This document shows, piece after piece, positions 10,120 to 22,401 of a stretch of 64,000 nucleotides of DNA. The first letter of the stretch is position 1. Each line of letters begins with the position of its first letter. The notes below the pieces were generated by a model. It searched no databases, had not been told where the DNA came from, and saw only the letters and a list, made by a program, of their open reading frames with translations. The position numbers and the translations under genes are program-made. This stretch comes from Eledone cirrhosa (lineage: Eukaryota): positions 201,562,001-201,626,000 of the forward strand of contig OZ024740.1 of assembly GCA_964016885.1 (NCBI GenBank). Direction: 5' to 3'.

Positions 10120-13100
10120 ATGAAACGCGTAGATTACTTCCCTTGCTTTTATCGAGAATCTAATTGTAATACGTGACGTATTCTATTCTATAGCGATTAG
10201 GTCTTCAAAATGTTTATTATAAACATACAGAATATTTTCGAATATTCTATGTCTATATTCACATATATATCGCTATTTCAGAGCATTTATTCCAATTTCT
10301 AATTTCTGCCGGACCGGCAACCGCTCTTTCAAACCAGTTCCTGTACACAGCTAAGTATTCTATAAGTCTCTAGCTGTGTCATTCTCGATAAAAGCACTGG
10401 ATATGTAGTCCTGATGATTTCTAACGAGAATGAAACGCGTAGATTACTTCCCTTGCTTTTATCGAGAATCTAATTGTAATACGTGACGTATTCTATTCTA
10501 TAGCGATTAGGTCTTCAAAATGTTTATTATAAACATACAGAATATTTTCGAATATTCTATGTCTATATTCACATATATATCGCTATTTCAGAGCATTTAT
10601 TCCAATTTCTAATTTCTGCCGGACCGGCAACCGCTCTTTCAAACCAGTTCCTGTACACAGCTAAGTATTCTATAAGTCTCTAGCTGTGTCATTCTCAATA
10701 AAAGCACTGGATATGTAGTCCTGATGATTTCTAACGAGAATGAAACGCGTAGATTACTTCCCTTGCTTTTATCGAGAATCTAATTGTAATACGTGACGTA
10801 TTCTATTCTATAGCGATTAGGTCTTCAAAATGTTTATTATAAACATACAGAATATTTTCGAATATTCTATGTCTATATTCACATATATATCGCTATTTCA
10901 GAGCATTTATTCCAATTTCTAATTTCTGCCGGACCGGCAACCGCTCTTTCAAACCAGTTCCTGTACACAGCTAAGTATTCTATAAGTCTCTAGCTGTGTC
11001 ATTCTCGATAAAAGCACTGGATATGTAGTCCTGATGATTTCTAACGAGAATGAAACGCGTAGATTACTTCCCTTGCTTTTATCGAGAATCTAATTGTAAT
11101 ACGTGACGTATTCTATTCTATAGCGATTAGGTCTTCAAAATGTTTATTATAAACATACAGAATATTTTCGAATATTCTATGTCTATATTCACATATATAT
11201 CGCTATTTCAGAGCATTTATTCCAATTTCTAATTTCTGCCGGACCGGCAACCGCTCTTTCAAACCAGTTCCTGTACACAGCTAAGTATTCTATAAGTCTC
11301 TAGCTGTGTCATTCTCGATAAAAGCACTGGATATGTAGTCCTGATGATTTCTAACGAGAATGAAACGCGTAGATTACTTCCCTTGCTTTTATCGAGAATC
11401 TAATTGTAATACGTGACGTATTCTATTCTATAGCGATTAGGTCTTCAAAATGTTTATTATAAACATACAGAATATTTTCGAATATTCTATGTCTATATTC
11501 ACATATATATCGCTATTTCAGAGCATTTATTCCAATTTCTAATTTCTGCCGGACCGGCAACCGCTCTTTCAAACCAGTTCCTGTACACAGCTAAGTATTC
11601 TATAAGTCTCTAGCTGTGTCATTCTCGATAAAAGCACTGGATATGTAGTCCTGATGATTTCTAACGAGAATGAAACGCGTAGATTACTTCCCTTGCTTTT
11701 ATCGAGAATCTAATTGTAATACGTGACGTATTCTATTCTATAGCGATTAGGTCTTCAAAATGTTTATTATAAACATACAGAATATTTTCGAATATTCTAT
11801 GTCTATATTCACATATATATCGCTATTTCAGAGCATTTATTCCAATTTCTAATTTCTGCCGGACCGGCAACCGCTCTTTCAAACCAGTTCCTGTACACAG
11901 CTAAGTATTCTATAAGTCTCTAGCTGTGTCATTCTCGATAAAAGCACTGGATATGTAGTCCTGATGATTTCTAACGAGAATGAAACGCGTAGATTACTTC
12001 CCTTGCTTTTATCGAGAATCTAATTGTAATACGTGACGTATTCTATTCTATAGCGATTAGGTCTTCAAAATGTTTATTATAAACATACAGAATATTTTCG
12101 AATATTCTATGTCTATATTCACATATATATCGCTATTTCAGAGCATTTATTCCAATTTCTAATTTCTGCCGGACCGGCAACCGCTCTTTCAAACCAGTTC
12201 CTGTACACAGCTAAGTATTCTATAAGTCTCTAGCTGTGTCATTCTCGATAAAAGCACTGGATATGTAGTCCTGATGATTTCTAACGAGAATGAAACGCGT
12301 AGATTACTTCCCTTGCTTTTATCGAGAATCTAATTGTAATACGTGACGTATTCTATTCTATAGCGATTAGGTCTTCAAAATGTTTATTATAAACATACAG
12401 AATATTTTCGAATATTCTATGTCTATATTCACATATATATCGCTATTTCAGAGCATTTATTCCAATTTCTAATTTCTGCCGGACCGGCAACCGCTCTTTC
12501 AAACCAGTTCCTGTACACAGCTAAGTATTCTATAAGTCTCTAGCTGTGTCATTCTCGATAAAAGCACTGGATATGTAGTCCTGATGATTTCTAACGAGAA
12601 TGAAACGCGTAGATTACTTCCCTTGCTTTTATCGAGAATCTAATTGTAATACGTGACGTATTCTATTCTATAGCGATTAGGTCTTCAAAATGTTTATTAT
12701 AAACATACAGAATATTTTCGAATATTCTATGTCTATATTCACATATATATCGCTATTTCAGAGCATTTATTCCAATTTCTAATTTCTGCCGGACCGGCAA
12801 CCGCTCTTTCAAACCAGTTCCTGTACACAGCTAAGTATTCTATAAGTCTCTAGCTGTGTCATTCTCGATAAAAGCACTGGATATGTAGTCCTGATGATTT
12901 CTAACGAGAATGAAACGCGTAGATTACTTCCCTTGCTTTTATCGAGAATCTAATTGTAATACGTGACGTATTCTATTCTATAGCGATTAGGTCTTCAAAA
13001 TGTTTATTATAAACATACAGAATATTTTCGAATATTCTATGTCTATATTCACATATATATCGCTATTTCAGAGCATTTATTCCAATTTCTAATTTCTGCC

Positions 13101-13979
13101 GGACCGGCAACCGCTCTTTCAAACCAGTTCCTGTACACAGCTAAGTATTCTATAAGTCTCTAGCTGTGTCATTCTCGATAAAAGCACTGGATATGTAGTC
13201 CTGATGATTTCTAACGAGAATGAAACGCGTAGATTACTTCCCTTGCTTTTATCGAGAATCTAATTGTAATACGTGACGTATTCTATTCTATAGCGATTAG
13301 GTCTTCAAAATGTTTATTATAAACACACAGAATATTTTCGAATATTCTATGTCTATATTCACATATATATCGCTATTTCAAAGCATTTATTCCAATTTCT
13401 AATTTCTGCCGGACCGGCAACCGCTCTTTCAAACCAGTTCCTGTACACAGCTAAGTATTCTATAAGTCTCTAGCTGTGTCATTCTCGATAAAAGCACTGG
13501 ATATGTAGTCCTGATGATTTCTAACGAGAATGAAACGCGTAGATTACTTCCCTTGCTTTTATCGAGAATCTAATTGTAATACGTGACGTATTCTATTCTA
13601 TAGCGATTAGGTCTTCAAAATGTTTATTATAAACATACAGAATATTTTCGAATATTCTATGTCTATATTCACATATATATCGCTATTTCAGAGCATTTAT
13701 TCCAATTTCTAATTTCTGCCGGACCGGCAACCGCTCTTTCAAACCAGTTCCTGTACACAGCTAAGTATTCTATAAGTCTCTAGCTGTGTCATTCTCGATA
13801 AAAGCACTGGATATGTAGTCCTGATGATTTCTAACGAGAATGAAACGCGTAGATTACTTCCCTTGCTTTTATCGAGAATCTAATTGTAATACGTGACGTA
13901 TTCTATTCTATAGCGATTAGGTCTTCAAAATGTTTATTATAAACATACAGAATATTTTCGAATATTCTATGTCTATATT

Positions 13980-13990
<11 letters not shown>
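10120..13990 (+). repeat. Right arm of 310-bp tandem array, ~12.5 units, reverse complement of the left arm, hammerhead sense on the plus strand
   Basis: CTGATGA occurs at 10411 and every 310 bp to 13821 (12 copies). I noticed only three substitutions, near 10697, 13326 and 13381. The arm ends by merging into (TA)n. Confidence 0.97.
10381..10469 (+). ncRNA. Minimal type I hammerhead ribozyme (representative of 17 complete copies in the array)
   Basis: GTAGTC-CTGATGA-T TTCT AACG AGAA T-GAAA-C GC G-TA-GATTAC. Stem I GTAGTC/GATTAC is extended by a perfect 16-bp helix ATTCTCGATAAAAGCA/TGCTTTTATCGAGAAT. Stem II is TTCT/AGAA, stem III is the palindrome ACGCGT, and cleavage is predicted after GUA (A10441). 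Confidence 0.9.
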
Positions 13991-14065
<75 letters not shown>

Positions 14066-14082
14066 CACACACACATACACAC

Positions 14083-14129
<47 letters not shown>

Positions 14130-14289
14130 CATATATATACACACACACACATATATATACATATATATACACACACACACATATATACATATATATACAC
14201 ACACACACATATATACATATATATACACACACACATATATACATATATATATACATACACACATACATACATACATACACACATACACA

Positions 14290-14322
<33 letters not shown>

Positions 14323-14342
14323 GCATACATACATACATACAT
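13981..14342. repeat. Compound (TA)n/(CA)n/(TACA)n microsatellite
   Basis: Directly visible. It explains the low-complexity ORFs at 13903-14433. Confidence 0.95.
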
Positions 14343-14433
14343 GGAGGCACATGGCTTAGTGGTTAGAGTATTGGCCTTGCAATCGAAAGGTTGTGAGTTC
14401 ATTTCTGGTTCCTTACCACACTTACTTTGTTAA

Positions 14434-14484
<51 letters not shown>

Positions 14485-14623
14485 ATATACATATATAATA
14501 TATAAATATAATGCTTATGTGTGTATATATATATATGAAGTGTGTATGTATGTGTATGATGTGTGTATGTATATTACATATGTGGTATATGTATATGAAC
14601 GCAAATATATATATATATATATA

Positions 14624-14962
14624 TGGAGGCACATGGCTTAGTGGTTAGAGCATTGGCCTTGCAATCGAAAGGTTGTGAGTTCAATTCTCAGACCGGGTGA
14701 TGTGTTGTTTCCTTGAGCAAGACACTTTATTTCACATTGCTCCAGTTTACTCAGCTGTAGAAATGAGATGATAGGGACTGGGGTCCATATCATTCCACTG
14801 CAAAGTGGTCGTGGAGGTGCCACGGCAAAAAAGCACCCAGCACTCACTGTAAATGAGGTTGGTGTTAGGAAGGGCATCCAGCTGTAGAAATCAAGCCAGC
14901 ATCAGTTCCCGTCCCACCCTTGCAAGCAAGGAAAAAGCGGATGTAAAAGGAAATGATGATGA
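14624..14962 (+). mobile_element. tRNA-derived SINE, family A (CORE-like centre, RTE-like tail); truncated head also at 14343-14430
   Basis: Box A TGGCTTAGTGG, box B-like GAGTTCAATTC, central CCTTGAGCAAGACACTT...CTCAGCTGTAGAAATG, and a tail shared with the RTE 3' end ending in (TGA)n. Confidence 0.8.
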
Positions 14963-16976
14963 TACATACATACATACACACATATATATCACCAAAATGC
15001 GAAAAATGGTTGTAACAACAGTCACTTTCTGCAATGGGATGTTCATATTCTCAGATTTCATGTTTCATATGTCATAAATGCTTATGAGAGAGAGTGTGTG
15101 TGAGTGTGTGATGTTTATCATCATCATCATTACTGTTGAATGTTCATTTTCCCACGCTAGCGTGGGTTAGGCAAGTTGTCCCATTGTGAGACAAGCTAGA
15201 TAAGATGACCATGTCTTGCTCGTACAAAATTGCTGTTAGCTTGGTTTCTATGGCTGGATGCCCTTCCTAATGCCAACCATATTTACAGAGTGAACTGGCT
15301 ACTTTTTCTCATGACACCTACATGGGCTGAGTGCTTTTTGTCGCGGCACAATAAATAAGTATATATAACCCATGCAAGCGTGGAAGATGGACGTTAAACG
15401 ATGATGATATATTTCATTTCTGAATTTGTTTAGCAAGATTCTTTATCTGAAAACGTGTGTTGAAACCGATATTGTTATACTTTGGGAGGGTCATGTTGCC
15501 AATAGGAAACACATGCGCCAGTTGCTTTCACTCCAATTTATTATAAATAAAAAAAATGACACCAGTTCAAATTTTAATCAAAACTAGAATTTGAGTATTG
15601 GGGGATAAATGGTTTCAAATATGGGCACAAGGTCAGTAATTTTGGAGGAACAGATAAGTCAATGACATCTACTACAGTGTTTCATTTGTACTTCAAATAA
15701 CTGACCCCAGAAGGGTGATAGGTAAGATTGACCTCAGTGTGATTTGAACTCAGAAAATAAAGGTCCATAACTTAATACCATAAGGCCTTTTTTCCAATGT
15801 TCTAATGATTCTTCCCATCACAGAAGATAAATAAGGACAGCTAAACAGTGGGATGTGTTTATTAAAGTATTCAAAAAATCATATAATGATCTTGTAGCAA
15901 CTCTTTGTCAGAACATGCTAGAAGTAATATTGACATCTGTAGGATGTAATTTTTATGCAGGACATAAACAAACGGCACCAGCTGTAATATTATTCAAATA
16001 ATCTAGAGAGATTTCAATATTAGGAGTTAAATGACAACAATAAAGTGTGGGATATATTGTCTATGAAAGTCTAAAGAAAACAGGCTAGTGTTCTTGTAAA
16101 ACTTTGGCAGTACTTATGAAAGAAGACACGAGAAGTAATACTAATATATTCCGTGAGTTCTTTCTTCTCTACCATATTTCCAATTGCTACATTGTGAAAT
16201 TTCAAGACTCTTAGCTTGGTGAATCATCACCTCAAGTACATTGAACGCACTGCTATAAGTGTAACCGGCTCAGTTCTATGCTCATTTGAATTAGTCAATG
16301 AAACATGTTATTTAGGTTAACTAATTAGTGTTGAGTGCAGGACCAATGATAACATACAGTAAAAAATGTGATGTGTTTATATAAGTTCCAACACAGCATT
16401 GTAGTTTCTATTGTAACTTTTGGCACATTATCAGCTGAACAGTGCCAGAATTATGCGGTAGATATATCAGAATTATATTGTATGGCAGTGAAAATAGATG
16501 ACATGCAGTTGCTGGAGGATTATCATTCTCATCACTTTACACCCATCTTCCATGCTTGCATGGTTTGGATGTCTTATGATCCAAGTAAGTTCTTATGTGG
16601 AGTTACTACACTCCTAGATCGCTCAGATGAACATGTCCTGCTGGTACATTCCATTTTGGCATGGTGTCCACAAAAATGGATATCCTACCTAATGCCAGCC
16701 ACTGAGGTTGTCTTGAACTAGACACGATTATAGGGCCACCTCAACCCTATATAGTTACCACTCACTCAACAAATACTTTACAGAGCATACTGGATGCATT
16801 TGATCATAGAACTAGCACTACAGAGCTCACTATAAACTAAAACGGCTGTGCTGAAACTACACTAAAACCACTCGTTTGTCAACCACTTTACAGAGTGTAC
16901 TGGAGGCATATTATCGTGAAACCAACACTAGCTGCATTGGATGAATAGTGCAAAATTAAGAGACAAATGATTGCAT

Positions 16977-17062
16977 ATAAGTTGAGAGGGATTGGTTATA
17001 AGTTGAGAGGGATTGGTTATAAGTTGAGAGGGATTGGTTATAAGTTGAGAGGGATTGGTTAT
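16977..17062. repeat. 21-bp tandem repeat, ~4 copies
   Basis: ATAAGTTGAGAGGGATTGGTT repeated. Confidence 0.9.
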
Positions 17063-17772
17063 TATGAGGGGGGGGGGGGAAGAAATAGATAAAAAATAGT
17101 GATGGGAGGAAGGGAGGGAAAGACAGCTAGAAGGATTGGCCACATAAGACTGAAGGATGTGAGTTAGTTATAAAAATGTTACAAGTTAGAGACAGATAAC
17201 ATATAAACAAATAAATTTACTTCCTGATTAACAACAGTAAAAAAGAATGTTTTACTTCACCGGTTCATTACCATATTACTAATGAAAGACACTGCCTTTG
17301 ATTTTCAAAATAATCAAGAATTCAGAACGGTTTTAGCAAAATAACTTTCTCATTATTAAGCTGGTGTTTAAAGTCAAATAAATAATGTACCAGTCCTAAG
17401 TAATGAATTGGTGGTATTGTCAGATGAAATGACTTCAGTATTTATTCTGGCTCCTTATGTTCTGAGTTCAAATCTTGCTGAGAACCACTTCGGTGGTAGA
17501 CATAATTTGGCACCTAATTTTACACCACCACTTTTAATAGAGTCAACACAGTAGCAAGCATTCTGGCAAGGCCTTTGTTTTCAAGATATCTTCCTCCCTC
17601 GCACCAAAGTAAATAGTATATATATTATATATATATTATAGAAATGGCTCCTACAGGACTAGAACTGTAGAATTTATACTCTGCTATGTATTGAATACCC
17701 CTGATTGAACCTGGAATACACACACATATATATATGTATATAACAAAATAAGATGCTGAGGTTACATAAATC

Positions 17773-18106
<334 letters not shown>

Positions 18107-18125
18107 TTTATATCTATATATATGT

Positions 18126-18465
18126 AGGCACATGGCTTACTGGTTAGAGCATTGGGCTTGCAATTGAAAGGTTCAGAGTTCAATTCACAGACCGGGTGAT
18201 GTGTTGTGTTTCCTTGAGCAAGACACTTTATTTCACATTGCTCCAGTTTACTCAGCTGTAGAAATGAGATGATAGGACTGGGGTCCCTATCATTCCACTG
18301 AAAAGTGAACGTGCAGGCGTCACGGAAAAAAAGCACCCAGAACTCTCTGTAAATGAGGTTGGTGTTAGGAAGGGCATCCAGCTGTAGAAATCAAGCCAGA
18401 ATCAGTTCCCGTCCCACCCTTGCAAGCAGGGAAGAGCGAACGTAAAATGATGATGATGATGATGA
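18126..18465 (+). mobile_element. tRNA-derived SINE, family A
   Basis: Closely similar to 14624-14962 over its whole length, with a (TGA)n tail. Confidence 0.8.
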
Positions 18466-18480
18466 TATATATATATATAT

Positions 18481-19108
18481 CAGTGAGCATGTCCAGCTAA
18501 CCTCAGTCTCCTCTGTGTCACTTTTGAGCTGACTTTTGGGATGCTCCCATACAGCTCTGAGTTTTTCATCCTCAGTGTATACTGATTAATGTTCAGAGCC
18601 ATCCTCAGCATTCTCGTGTAGCACCCATCCACCATCTGAGTGAGTTTCTTGGTCAGTGTCCAAGTCTCAGACCCATACAGCAGCACAGACTCCACTACAG
18701 CAATGAAGAGGCGGATTTTCAGGTCTCTACGAAGGTCCGACTTCCACACCGATCTCAAGCTGTGGCATGCCGCCCAGGCCTTGCTCTTCCTCTCAACCAC
18801 ATCATCTTCCGTATTCCCAATCTTTGCTCCCAAATACAGGAAGTCCTCAACCAATTCCAGCGGCTTCTCGCCTACATTAGTGATCCCCAGAGGACATCCA
18901 GAGTTGACATTGCACTCAGTATTCCTTTGGGAGCCCCTACATGGACACACTAGAAGAGGAAGACCAGGGTTAACGTATGTTGATGCCCTAAGGACAGACA
19001 CTGGTCTGTTGGAGACGCAGGACATGGCAGCAATAATGAGGGACAGAGACCGCTGGAGAGAACTCGTCCATGGATCTCGGGAATTTTACCCGCCTTAGAT
19101 AGATAGAT
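18481..19108 (+). mobile_element. RTE-type LINE 3' fragment with inverted 5' part (twin-priming structure)
   Basis: Minus 18481-18885 encodes ..FLYLG..VLLYGSETWTLT..RRLRLAGHAH. Plus ~18890-19098 continues HPEL..LWEP.HG..RGRP..TYVD.L..DTG..MRDRDRWR*. There is a (TAGA)n tail, and ATATATATCAGTGA flanks both sides. Confidence 0.85.
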
Positions 19109-21050
19109 ATATATATCAGTGAAAGTGTCACAATAAAGTACACCCAGTACACTCTGTAAAATGGCAGTGCTGGTGCCATAAAAAGCTGAAAAAATGCACC
19201 CTGCACATGCTGAAAAATAGTCGGCATAGGAACGGTATCCAGACACAGAAAGCAATCCTAAAATGGAACGTATGGTCAATTGATTAATCTAGTGTAAGAA
19301 TGTGAAAACCAATCTAACCTATGCAAGCAAGGGTAATAGACAAGAAAATGGTAATAATTGTACATACACACACATACATATACACACAGAGGTGAGTGTG
19401 TGTGTGTAGGTGATTGCACTGGTACCACAATGAAAAGGCACCCTCTCCACTGTGTAAAGTGAATCATACTGGTGACATGAAAAAAAAGCACCCTGTTTAC
19501 ATTGTAATGTGGTTGACATTAGGAAGGGCATCCAGCCATTGAATCTAATCCAAAAACCAAATCCACATGAGCAAGACATTGTCACCTGATGTGACTAGTC
19601 TTATAATGTGACAACCCATCAAACCCATGCAAGCATGGAAAATGTATGTTAAACAGTGATGATGATGTTGATTATATATAAACATAGATGGGTGAGAATA
19701 GAAAATAAATCGAAAATTTGAAAATATTATGGTTATTAAAAGAAAGTTGTCTTCATAAAATGAAGTTTGCTATATGGCAATATAATATAAAAACTATATA
19801 GTTGAAGATATTATAATTATATTTTTTCTTGGTAGTTGGTATTTAGGAAAAAGACCTTCAAAGACATAATGATGAAAGGGGTTGTTATTTTATTAATAGA
19901 AAGGAAGGGCCCTTCAATCAAGTCAACCCCCCTAGAGATAGTTCCGTGATAAAATACACCCAGTAGACACTGTAAAGTGAATTTGTTTTTCAGAAAGCCA
20001 TTCAACTATAGAAACCATGCTAAATAGGGCTGAGATGACTTCTCTAGTGCTAGTTTCACAATAAAATGCACTCAATACATTCTGTAAAGCAGTTGGTACT
20101 AGGAAATGCACCCAGCTGAATTCAACTGTAGAAGTCATGCCAAAACTGGATCATATGTAAGCAAGCAAGACATTACTCCCAGCCTGTTTAGAAAGAAAGT
20201 ACTTAGTCTGTAACAACCTGTCCAACCCATGCTAGCATGAAAAAATGGAAGTATGATGATGATGAGGATGCTATCAAAAACCAAGTTTGATACAAAACTG
20301 CATCAACACAGTTTTATGTAAGAAACCTTTAAGTTATTTACCAGTCACCAGCTTATAAAAAAATTAATTGTATCCCTAAACCCTTCCAAATTCTTGATTA
20401 TTTTCAAAATGATTTGAAAATCACAGGTTGTGTACTCCATTAGAAATAAAGTAAAAGGTTAAACAATTATTTTAAGCTACAGAGTAATATTTTGAAAATA
20501 TTAAATTCCTACAAACAATAGATAAATACTACAGAGCAATTTTTCCCAAAGTTCCAAGAAAAATTTCTGCAGTTCTGTGAGATACAGCCTCTTATTAACA
20601 TTTAATAATGTGTTATATGTTTTTATATACTCTCAGGTCCTAAATAATAGGGGATGCGGTTGGATTAAGCAGGGGGGGGGGGGGGATTGTATACGTTTGT
20701 AAATATGGGATTTCTTGTAATGTTCTTTTTTTGCTATGTGTGTTGTTTTTATGTAGAATAAAATTATTATTAGATTCTCCAGCTGCTGTATCAATATGAA
20801 TCAATTACAATAAAATTTACCCAAAGATAGATTAGCAAAAGTGTGGGGTGGTTGGAAATATCTGAAATATTAATAAGCAGGTGGGGGTTCAATTATTCAA
20901 GACCTGAGAATATGAATAGATTCTCACTCTAAAACAATTTTTGGTTCATATAAAAAATATGATTTAAAATGAAAGACAAACTGGACTAATGAGAAAGAAA
21001 TCAAAGAGGGCCAAAATAGTCATTTAGTTACTAAACCAACCAATCAGTGG

Positions 21051-21722
21051 ATTAGTTACCTAACTAATAATTGTTTCTACTTTTGGCACAAGGCCATCAA
21101 TTACCCAGTACATTACTGGTACTTTATTTTATCGACCCCGTAAGGATGAAAGGCAAAGTTAACTTCGGCGGGATTTGAACTCAGACCATAAAGGGCCATA
21201 ACTCTTTGCTGCAAAGCATGGTGTCCGACCCTCTACCGATACTGCCAATCCACCACCATTATTAGTTACCTAACTAATAATTGTTTCTACTTTAGGCACA
21301 AGGCCAGCAATTACCCAGTGCATTACTGGTACTTTATTTTATCATACCAGTAATGCACTGGGTAATTGCTGGCCTTGTGCCTAAAGTAGAAACAATTACC
21401 TAACTAATAATGGTGGTGAGGCGGTGAATTGGCAGTATCGGTAGAGAGTTGGACGCCATGCTTTCTAGCATATTTTACGTCCCATTATGGTCTGAGTTCA
21501 AATCCTGTCGAGGTTAACTTTGCCTTGACCTAACTAATAATGGTTTCAGATTTAGGCACAAGGCCAGCAAAAAGAAAATGGGGGTCAGGGATGATTAAAT
21601 CGACCCCAGTTTGTTACTGATCCTTTATTTTATCGACCTCATAAGGATGAAAGACATAAAAGGTCATAATTCTATGCCACTAAGCATGTTGTCCAACACA
21701 GTCACTCTACCAATTCTGCCCT
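21051..21722. mobile_element. Cluster of family-B tRNA-derived SINE copies and fragments in both orientations
   Basis: Repeated TGGCAGTATCGGTAGAG...GAGTTCAAATCC...GCCTTTCATCCTTACGGGGTCGATAAAATAAAGTACCAG...GGCCTTGTGCC..AAGTAGAAACAATT. The motif ACCTAACTAATAA occurs four times. Confidence 0.8.
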
Positions 21723-21962
21723 TAGTTACTAATAATACAACCAAAGTGAAACTCAGCTGGGGGTGTGTGCTTTATTGGCAGTATCATCTTCCCAAAATAT
21801 AACAATATAAAATATAATTTAACATCCTGTGCAACATGAGACTGTATGTGAAAAACATTCTTTAAAAATATACAATAATATGACTACATCACAATAAAGA
21901 TTGAAGTTTTAAAGTCTAATACTGCAAATTTTCACAATGATCTTTCCATTATTAAAGATACC

Positions 21963-22202
21963 TTAACCCTTTCATGACTGCATTTCTAATGAAATACCCA
22001 CTGTTTCAATTAATTAATGAAGAATTTTGAGGGATTTACTATAATTATCAATTATTTCATTACTAAGATAGTAACTTAATGCAAGGTTCTTATATAAAAT
22101 TATGTTGGAAGATTTTAACTTGAATTGGAAACCTTTAAAAAGGGTGAGTTTATTTCATAGAACCAGCAACACTTTTGGCTGGGTTGGTAACTAAAGGGTT
22201 AA
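21963..22202. mobile_element. piggyBac-type MITE (TTAA target, CCCTTT termini). Related copies near 22747-22940, 23914-24260, 28348-28575, 34838-35057, 43234-43432, 50990-51224, 62679-63077
   Basis: TTAA-CCCTTT...AAAGGG-TTAA ends, with internal similarity among copies. Confidence 0.65.
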
Positions 22203-22401
22203 ACATTTGAATTATTAATAAGCCTGTTTTTAGATAGTTTTGTTAAATTATGACAGTTAAAAGTTAATATCATATCAAAATTTGAGTGGAGGAGGTTTGT
22301 CTTCAAAAACTATATGAGAGTTCCATGGTAAAATAAATTCAGGAGTCACTGGCATACAGCAAGGTACTATACAAAGTCATGCATGGAATGGTCTTACTTA
22401 C

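Noticed and set aside
8575-13990. CRISPR array or tandem snRNA/5S gene cluster
   Set aside because: Units are fully identical with no unique spacers, there are no cas genes and the context is eukaryotic. I see no recognisable 5S, U-snRNA or tRNA sequence in the unit.
13903-14641. ORFs rich in YI/CV/HT dipeptides (also near 6883, 17625, 41424, 48581, 50342)
   Set aside because: Translations of dinucleotide microsatellites.
14624-14700. tRNA gene
   Set aside because: The tRNA-like A/B boxes continue into a SINE body and tail and recur in several copies. It is a SINE head, not a tRNA.
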